A stretch of DNA of 64,000 bases, from assembly GCA_036676395.1 (NCBI GenBank), contig JAKFCY010000002.1, forward strand, positions 384,001 through 448,000, in the 5' to 3' direction. Source of the DNA: Bdellovibrio sp. (GTDB taxonomy: Bacteria; Bdellovibrionota; Bdellovibrionia; Bdellovibrionales; Bdellovibrionaceae). A program made the position numbers and the translations under genes. Each line of letters starts with the position of its first letter. The first letter of the stretch is position 1. Below are positions 57,316 to 64,000 of the stretch, in pieces. Under the pieces are notes generated by a model. It was not told the origin of the DNA. It did no database searches and was given only the letters and a program-made list of their open reading frames with translations.

Positions 57316-58809
57316 ATGAAACTGCAGCAGTTATTATCGATCGATACAGCACAGAATGTTAGAACAGATCTAGAGCAAATCCTGCAAACCGAAGTGAGCG
57401 GCCTTTATTTTGATGCTCGCCAGGTTCAACAAGGCTCTGTTTTCGTAGCTATTAAGGGTAATCAAACCGATGGCCACCAATATATTGGCGATGCGATAAA
57501 AGCTGGTGCGATTGCCGTCGTTGTTGAAGATGAAACTTTTGTGCCTAAAGATTATAACGGGTATGTATACCCCGTGCCAGATACACGTCAGATGCTGGAT
57601 TTGCTGGCAGCACGATTTTATGATTACCCGTCGCAAAAACTTTTTTGTTTCGGCGTGACAGGCACAAACGGAAAAACCTCAATTACTTATCTTCTTGAAC
57701 ATATTTTAAATGCTAAAAATAAAACCACTGGTGTGATCGGTACTGTCAATCACCGGGTCGGAAATAAAACTTGGGAAAACCAAGGCACAACGCCAGATCC
57801 CGTTACCTTGCAAAGTCGTCTGCATGATTTTGTTAAAGAAGGTGCAGTGGCGGCTGCTTTAGAAGTGACGTCACATGCCCTGGATCAACGCCGTGCTGAT
57901 AGCGTGCATTTTAATACGGTGATCTTTACGAATTTGACTCACGATCATTTAGATTATCACAAAGATATGAAGCATTATTTTGAATCAAAACAAAAATTGT
58001 TCACTGATTTAATGTGGTCTTCGTTAAAGCGTCCGTTATTCGCCGTGATTAACATCGATGATGAATACGGCAGAAAATTAAAATTAGCAGAACCTGTGTT
58101 AGGTTGGACGTACGGGCAACAAGAATCTGATTTTCAATTTAAAATTTTAAAAATGGATTTCGCTGAAACTGAATTCGAATTAAAAACGCCTCTTGAAATT
58201 TTAACAGTAAAAGTGCCGCTGACTGGTGTTCACACGATTTACAATGTTGTGGCAAGTCTGGCAGCTGGGCTTACAAGCGGAATTACCTTAGAGCAAGGCA
58301 TTAAAGCGCTCATGGATTTTCAAGGCATACCCGGCCGTTTACAAAAAGTGGTGCATGCTTCGGATAAAATAGTTTTTATTGATTACGCCCATACGCCGGA
58401 TGCGCTTGAAAATTCGTTAAAATCTTTATTAAAAGTAAAAACTGACGCCAAACTTTCAAACCAAATCATCACGGTATTCGGATGTGGTGGTGATCGCGAT
58501 AAAACAAAACGTCCAAAGATGGCTGAGATCGCTGCGCGTTTAAGTGATTACGTGTTTTTAACTTCAGATAATCCGCGCAGCGAAGACCCAAATGCAATTT
58601 TAGCAGACGCAGAACTGGGTTTTCCCCCAGGTTTTAAAAACTATACTAAAGAAGTAGATCGTGAAATCGCGATTCAGCAAGCAATCAACATGGCAAAAAC
58701 TGGCGATGTGGTTCTGATCGCTGGCAAGGGTCACGAAGACTATCAAATCATCGGTACGACAAAAACTCATTTCAGTGATTACGAAAAAGCTGAGAAATAT
58801 TTGGGATAA
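57316..58809 (+). CDS. murE: UDP-MurNAc-tripeptide synthetase (meso-DAP ligase)
   Basis: GVTGTNGKTS, TTPD, FTNLTHDHLDYH, DYAHTPD, DNPR, AGKGHE; ORF opens at 57280. Confidence 0.96.
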   Translation: MKLQQLLSIDTAQNVRTDLEQILQTEVSGLYFDARQVQQGSVFVAIKGNQTDGHQYIGDAIKAGAIAVVVEDETFVPKDYNGYVYPVPDTRQMLDLLAARFYDYPSQKLFCFGVTGTNGKTSITYLLEHILNAKNKTTGVIGTVNHRVGNKTWENQGTTPDPVTLQSRLHDFVKEGAVAAALEVTSHALDQRRADSVHFNTVIFTNLTHDHLDYHKDMKHYFESKQKLFTDLMWSSLKRPLFAVINIDDEYGRKLKLAEPVLGWTYGQQESDFQFKILKMDFAETEFELKTPLEILTVKVPLTGVHTIYNVVASLAAGLTSGITLEQGIKALMDFQGIPGRLQKVVHASDKIVFIDYAHTPDALENSLKSLLKVKTDAKLSNQIITVFGCGGDRDKTKRPKMAEIAARLSDYVFLTSDNPRSEDPNAILADAELGFPPGFKNYTKEVDREIAIQQAINMAKTGDVVLIAGKGHEDYQIIGTTKTHFSDYEKAEKYLG

Positions 58810-58811
58810 TT

Positions 58812-60230
58812 ATGGCGCCAACATGGACTTTTGAGCAAATTGCTCAATGGACAAACGGAAAAATTCTATCAATGCATCAGACATCTTTTTCGGAAGTCGG
58901 TACCGATACCCGTAAAGATATGACGAAGCAGGTGTTCGTTGCTCTTAAAGGAGATAATTACGATGCCCATGATTATCTGGATAAAGCTGTTGAAAAAGGT
59001 GCAGGCTTACTTTTAGTTCACCGCTTAGATGCAAAATTTGAAAATCTGAAAGATAAAGTCAGCATTATTCTGGTTGATGACACACTTAAAGGTTTACAAA
59101 ATTTCAGTCATGGTTATCGTGGCACTTTAACGACTAAAATTATTGGTATCACTGGATCAAACGGTAAAACTACAACTAAAGAATTTACTGCAGCAATTTT
59201 AAATCAATATAAAAAAACCCACTTTAATCAAGGAAGCTTTAATAACCATTGGGGTGTGCCGTTGACCTTATTGCAAATTCCTACAGATGCAGCTTTTGCT
59301 ATTGTTGAAATGGGAATGAATCATGCCGGAGAAATCAGAGAACTGGTGAAGATCGCAGACCCGGATGTGGTAGTTTGTACGATGGTCGGCCGAGCCCACA
59401 TGGAGTACTTTGGCACTCAGAAAAAAATCGCTGAAGCTAAAGCTGAAATTTACATGGATTCGCGTGAAGACGCCATTCGTGTATTTAACCAAGACCAAGA
59501 TTTAACTTTTGATATGATGTACCCCATTGCCAAGAAATATCCGGCAAGCCGCATGTTAAGTTTTTCTGAATTAAATAAAGATGCTGATGTATTTTTTAAA
59601 GTCGATGAAATTTCAGCAAGTGGTTTAAAAATTTCGGGCAATATTGCAGCCAACTGGGGATCAGCAACAGTTCCTGTTTTTGGTAAACACAATTTAACAA
59701 ATTTATTAGCTGCTGCCAATTTAGCTTTCGCTGTGGGAATGCCTGCAGAAAAAATCTGGCAGGCCTTGCCGGCGTGTAAATCGACTTGGGGAAGAAATCA
59801 ATTTGTTGAATCAGCTATTGGTGTGAAAATCCTATTTGATGGTTACAACGCCAACCCTGATAGCATGAAAGCACTTTTAGAAAACATGTTGCTACTAAAA
59901 ACCGAAGGGCAAAAAATTGGCGTTTTCGGGCAAATGAAAGAGCTTGGCGCCGAAGCTCCAGAAATGCATCGTGAGCTGGCGATTGCAGCTTCGATGAGCG
60001 GATATGATTTTATTTATTTCATCGGCGAAAACTTTCATGATTTTGAAGCCGGTTTAAAACACACTGATTTTAAAAACTATAAAGTGGATGCGGATTTGAC
60101 TGAATCTATGGGGCAGCATTTTGTGACCCATATTCGCTCAGGTGATTTGATCACCATCAAAGGCTCGCGTGGCGCTAAAACTGAGCGCTTTGTCGAATTG
60201 TGTGATCCAATTAACTGGGAAAAGAAGTAA
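58812..60230 (+). CDS. murF: UDP-MurNAc-tripeptide--D-Ala-D-Ala ligase
   Basis: ITGSNGKTTTKE, NNHWGVPLT, EMGMNH.GEI, YNANPDS, KGSR. Confidence 0.96.
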   Translation: MAPTWTFEQIAQWTNGKILSMHQTSFSEVGTDTRKDMTKQVFVALKGDNYDAHDYLDKAVEKGAGLLLVHRLDAKFENLKDKVSIILVDDTLKGLQNFSHGYRGTLTTKIIGITGSNGKTTTKEFTAAILNQYKKTHFNQGSFNNHWGVPLTLLQIPTDAAFAIVEMGMNHAGEIRELVKIADPDVVVCTMVGRAHMEYFGTQKKIAEAKAEIYMDSREDAIRVFNQDQDLTFDMMYPIAKKYPASRMLSFSELNKDADVFFKVDEISASGLKISGNIAANWGSATVPVFGKHNLTNLLAAANLAFAVGMPAEKIWQALPACKSTWGRNQFVESAIGVKILFDGYNANPDSMKALLENMLLLKTEGQKIGVFGQMKELGAEAPEMHRELAIAASMSGYDFIYFIGENFHDFEAGLKHTDFKNYKVDADLTESMGQHFVTHIRSGDLITIKGSRGAKTERFVELCDPINWEKK

Positions 60231-60325
60231 TCTAGACTAATCCTTAGTCTTAAAGACAAAACGGTTGTTTATTTTAGTAAACAAAAACGCCGATCTGAAT
60301 GGGGTAAAAACCACGGAGTCGGCTC

Positions 60326-61630
60326 ATGTCACAATCAAGAAGAGATTTTCTTAAACAAACAGGAATTATTTCGGCAGGGTTATTAGTGCTGCCAGTTGCA
60401 GGACAAGCGCAAGCTGATTTGTTTGCCGCCACTGCAAGTGGAACTTTTGCTATTCATCAGGGGTTAACTTTAGAAGATCTAACTTATATTAGTGTGCTTA
60501 GACAAATCGCTGACGAAATCAGTTTTGAAGTCGTTGATAGTCGCAACCGCCTCCAAAAATTTTTACTTTTAAGTGAACACCGCATGGAAGGTTCAAATTT
60601 ACAACTAGACAAATTAAAGGTGATTAACCTGCGTTTAGGCGAGACCTATCGTTTTCGTATTTTAGACAGTAAAAAACGGGTGCTTGATGAGCGTTTTTTT
60701 AAAGCTTTAGATACAAATAAAAAAATGCCAAAAATTGTTGTCGCTAGTTGTATGAATGAGTTTTTTAAATCGGCGTGTGTTAAAATGTGGGCCTCATTGA
60801 AAGAGGCTAATCCAGACGTAGTTTTTTTAATCGGAGACACTTGTTATGCTGATCTAAAAAATGATGGTACGCCGCTGGGTTACTGGCAGCGCTACACTAA
60901 AGTCAGGAATAGCATTGGTATTTTTCGTCATAAAAATTTAACACCGATTTTAGCTGCATGGGATGATCATGATTATGCCGTAGACGGTGCTGATGGATCT
61001 TTTCTGCAAAAACAGTTTACGCTGGAATTATTTTCTACATTTTGGCTGCATCCTGAAGAAAGAAACTATCGGCGCGGCTTAGGCGTATCGCAAGATATCA
61101 CTTTATTCGGGCAAAAATTTTATTTAACAGATTGCCGTTACTACCGCAGTGACGATTCGCATTTCGGTGACGAACAAGAAGAAAAGCTCATTGCTGATTT
61201 GCAAAACGACACAAAACCAATTTGGTTAATGAATGGCAGTCAGTTTTTTGGCGGCTATTTAAAAGAAGATGCTTTCGAATACAAACAGCCCAAAAATTTT
61301 AAAGAGTTTTGCAAAAAATTAAAATCTGTGGATGCGCCCGTGTGTTTTGTATCCGGAGATATTCATTATTCAGAATTAATGGAAATTGATCCAGAAGTTT
61401 TAGGATATAAAACTTTTGAAATTACATCGAGCTCGATTCACAGCTTAACGTTTCTACAGCTGCATAATTTCAAAAAAAATCCTCGCCGCATAAAAAAATG
61501 CGCCACAAGTAAACATAATTTTAATGTGATCACTATTGATAACAGCAGTGATCAATTTAAATTCAATGTGTCATGTCAGGGCGACGAAAGAAAACCGTAT
61601 TATCAGAAATCTTTAGAAATTGTACGTTAA
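60326..61630 (+). CDS. Tat-exported PhoD-like alkaline phosphatase/phosphodiesterase
   Basis: SRRDFLK Tat motif; ASC, GDTCYAD, WDDHDY, DCRYYR, SGDIH. Confidence 0.88.
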   Translation: MSQSRRDFLKQTGIISAGLLVLPVAGQAQADLFAATASGTFAIHQGLTLEDLTYISVLRQIADEISFEVVDSRNRLQKFLLLSEHRMEGSNLQLDKLKVINLRLGETYRFRILDSKKRVLDERFFKALDTNKKMPKIVVASCMNEFFKSACVKMWASLKEANPDVVFLIGDTCYADLKNDGTPLGYWQRYTKVRNSIGIFRHKNLTPILAAWDDHDYAVDGADGSFLQKQFTLELFSTFWLHPEERNYRRGLGVSQDITLFGQKFYLTDCRYYRSDDSHFGDEQEEKLIADLQNDTKPIWLMNGSQFFGGYLKEDAFEYKQPKNFKEFCKKLKSVDAPVCFVSGDIHYSELMEIDPEVLGYKTFEITSSSIHSLTFLQLHNFKKNPRRIKKCATSKHNFNVITIDNSSDQFKFNVSCQGDERKPYYQKSLEIVR

Positions 61631-61633
61631 CAA

Positions 61634-62149
61634 TTAGTAGACCTTGCTTAAATCACAAGAGTATTTTCCAGGTGCGTAGTTAAACATACGTGTCTGGCGC
61701 AGCTCTTTAAAATGCGAATCAGAATTCGAAGCCGAAGCATAAGGAAAGATCGCAATGCCGCCCCGCGGAGTAAATTCACCAATCACTTCGACGTATTTTG
61801 GTTTCATTAATTTAACTAAGTCATTGCAAATTGTTTGAATGCAGTCTTCATGAAAATCACCGTGATTGCGAAAGCTAAAAAGATAAAGTTTCAAAGATTT
61901 ACTTTCGACCATTTTTTTATCGGCGATATAATTAATAAAAACTTTGGCAAAATCAGGTTGGCCAGTTTTAGGACACAAAGAAGTAAATTCCGTACATACA
62001 AAAGTTGTCCATGCGATATCTTTGGGGTTTTTATTATCAAAAGCTTCTAGAAGTTTCGGCGAATATTCAAAATTGTACTGAGTGTTGTTTTCGCCCAGTT
62101 TAAAATTTTTCAGTTCTGCAGGCGTTCTTCCAGATTTATTTTTTTTCAT
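61634..62149 (-). CDS. queF: NADPH-dependent preQ0 reductase (type 1)
   Basis: [41 protein letters not shown] opens at 62197. Confidence 0.95.
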   Translation of the reverse strand: MKKNKSGRTPAELKNFKLGENNTQYNFEYSPKLLEAFDNKNPKDIAWTTFVCTEFTSLCPKTGQPDFAKVFINYIADKKMVESKSLKLYLFSFRNHGDFHEDCIQTICNDLVKLMKPKYVEVIGEFTPRGGIAIFPYASASNSDSHFKELRQTRMFNYAPGKYSCDLSKVY

Positions 62150-62305
62150 GTGCTCTACATAGCTGATTTTATGACTAAATGCTAATGATTTCCTCAATTG
62201 GGTGGTTTCTTCAGGATCTTTAGAAATTTTAAAAACATTAGTATTTTCAAATAGTTATAAACTTTTTCTTGCTATTGATTCCGAAGGTGTGCTAGTTATG
62301 TAAAA

Positions 62306-63382
62306 ATGTTTTATCAATGGTTATATTCACTTGCAGAGCAGCATTCAATTTTCAACGTTTTTCGTTACATCACAGTTAGAACTTTTATCTCGTTATTCAC
62401 GGGTTTTTTCTTGTGTCTAATCTGGGGCCCTTATTTTATCGAAAGTTTAAAGAAAAAACATTTCGGTCAGTCTATCCGCGATGACGGTCCGCAAACGCAT
62501 AAGAAAAAAGCGGGTACACCAACAATGGGCGGCTGGTTAATTTTATTAAGTTCATTGGTGTCGTTAGTGTTATGGGTCGATGTTTTTAATCCACTCGTAA
62601 TTGCAACAGTTGTAATCACTTGGGGTTTTGGGCTTATCGGTTATGCCGATGACTATTTAAAAGTTTCTAAGAAAAACACCAAAGGTTTGTCAGGCAAGCT
62701 TCGCTTAGCCGGAGAATTTTTAATTTCCGGAATCGCGATCTTCATATTAATTAAGTATTACAATTTCAACACGGCCTTGTCGTTACCATTTGTTAAAAAC
62801 ATCTCTGTTGATCTGGGCTATTTCTATGTCGTATTCGGAGCCCTAGTGATTACTGGAACTGCCAACGCGGTAAATTTAACTGATGGCTTAGACGGTTTAG
62901 CTATCGTGCCGGTGATTATTTCAGCTACGACTTTGGCGATTTTTGCTTATGTTTCAGGGCATGCTTCGATTGCTAATTATTTACAAATCCCGCACATCTC
63001 TGGGGCGGGTGAATTGGCTCCACTAGCTGCCGCGATGGTTGCCGGAAGCTTAGGCTTTTTATGGTTTAACTCTTACCCGGCACAAGTATTTATGGGCGAT
63101 GTCGGGAGCTTAAGCTTGGGTGGTTTTTTAGGAACCATGGCTGTGATTACAAAAAATGAACTTTTGATGGTTGTTTTGGGCGGAGTATTTGTGGTTGAAG
63201 CCTTATCGGTGATCACGCAAGTAGCTTCATTTAAATTAACCGGAAAAAGAGTTTTTAAAATGGCTCCGCTACATCACCATTATGAACTTGGTGGTTTAAC
63301 AGAGACTAAGATTATTGTGCGTTTTTGGATTATTTCAATTTTATTAGCAGCGCTAAGTTTAGCGACGCTAAAATTAAGATAG
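62306..63382 (+). CDS. mraY: Phospho-N-acetylmuramoyl-pentapeptide transferase
   Basis: [43 protein letters not shown]. Confidence 0.98.
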   Translation: MFYQWLYSLAEQHSIFNVFRYITVRTFISLFTGFFLCLIWGPYFIESLKKKHFGQSIRDDGPQTHKKKAGTPTMGGWLILLSSLVSLVLWVDVFNPLVIATVVITWGFGLIGYADDYLKVSKKNTKGLSGKLRLAGEFLISGIAIFILIKYYNFNTALSLPFVKNISVDLGYFYVVFGALVITGTANAVNLTDGLDGLAIVPVIISATTLAIFAYVSGHASIANYLQIPHISGAGELAPLAAAMVAGSLGFLWFNSYPAQVFMGDVGSLSLGGFLGTMAVITKNELLMVVLGGVFVVEALSVITQVASFKLTGKRVFKMAPLHHHYELGGLTETKIIVRFWIISILLAALSLATLKLR

Positions 63383-63391
63383 GATTACGAT

Positions 63392-64000
63392 ATGTGGACA
63401 GAACTTTCAGAACTTAAAGATAAAAAAATTCTTGTTGTGGGTCTTGGTAAAACAGGTGTTTCTTTAGCTAAGTTTTTAACTAAATACGAAGCCAATGTGA
63501 CAATCACTGATCATAAATCTAAGCCTGAATTATCAGCGCAATTAGACCAGCTTGAAGGTTACACTAACATCAAGTTCGAATTAGGATCACACTCACCAAA
63601 AACATTCTTATCGCAAGATTTAGTGATTTTATCTCCGGGTGTAGCATCGCATTTAAAAATCTTTGAATACGCACGCCAACAAGGTGTAAAAATCACTGGT
63701 GAATTCGAATTCGCTGTGGGCTTTATCAAAGAGCCAGTCGCTGCCGTTACCGGAACAAATGGTAAAACTACAATCGCTCGTTTAGCTGAAGCTATGCTTA
63801 AAGAAAGCGGTATCGAAGTTTGGGTCGGTGGTTCAAACGAAAATCCAATTACAAATTACTTATTAGAAGAGAAAAAAGCTAAACTAGTTATTGCTGAAGT
63901 TTCAGGTTTTATGCTTGAGCATTGCGTAAATTTCAATCCAGCAAATGTTGTATTTTGTAACTTAGCTGAAAATCACTTAGATCGTTATCGTTCAATGGAA
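63392..64000 (+). CDS. murD: UDP-MurNAc-L-Ala--D-Glu ligase (3' end runs off the window)
   Basis: Not in the ORF track; manual translation MWTELSELKDKKILVVGLGKTG...LSPGV...AVTGTNGKTT...EVSGFML...NLAENHLDRY. Confidence 0.93.
   Translation, partial: MWTELSELKDKKILVVGLGKTGVSLAKFLTKYEANVTITDHKSKPELSAQLDQLEGYTNIKFELGSHSPKTFLSQDLVILSPGVASHLKIFEYARQQGVKITGEFEFAVGFIKEPVAAVTGTNGKTTIARLAEAMLKESGIEVWVGGSNENPITNYLLEEKKAKLVIAEVSGFMLEHCVNFNPANVVFCNLAENHLDRYRSME

Noticed and set aside
62150..62305. preQ1 riboswitch upstream of queF
   Set aside because: No preQ1 stem-loop or A-rich pseudoknot tail visible; the gene looks leaderless
1..64000. CRISPR arrays, tRNA/rRNA genes, IS elements, prophage or a defence island
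   Set aside because: No spaced direct repeats, cloverleafs, or transposase/integrase/phage motifs seen; intergenic gaps are all under ~240 bp

Overview
AT-rich, gene-dense bacterial chromosome segment, most likely Bdellovibrionota (Bdellovibrio/Pseudobdellovibrio-like). This is inferred from a bacterial histone of the Bd0055 type, many lineage-typical hypothetical lipoproteins and FliA-type promoters. It is mostly core genome: a TPR/histidine kinase/receiver-rsmD-coaD-aminotransferase operon, pal-cpoB-tsaD-rsmA-smpB, prmA-rsmE, dsbD, motAB, lspA, dacB-SLT, a upp-hpt-thyA-folA nucleotide block, and a dcw cluster (rsmH-ftsL-ftsI...murE-murF...mraY-murD) split by inserted genes. I saw no rRNA, tRNA, CRISPR array, transposase, integrase or prophage. 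The most notable items are a zinc-finger/histone-fold fusion with a palindrome over its promoter, a DEDDh exonuclease-WYL fusion, an LspA fused to a 2TM-HAMP-like module, a lipoprotein with four disulfide-stapled Ig-like repeats and a MIDAS VWA tip, a gluzincin-propeller-Omp85 protein opposite pal, an Rrf2/nitroreductase pair with twin operators, recurring sigma28 and sigma54 promoter motifs, and widespread apparent leaderless initiation. All calls come from reading motifs by eye; no searches were run.
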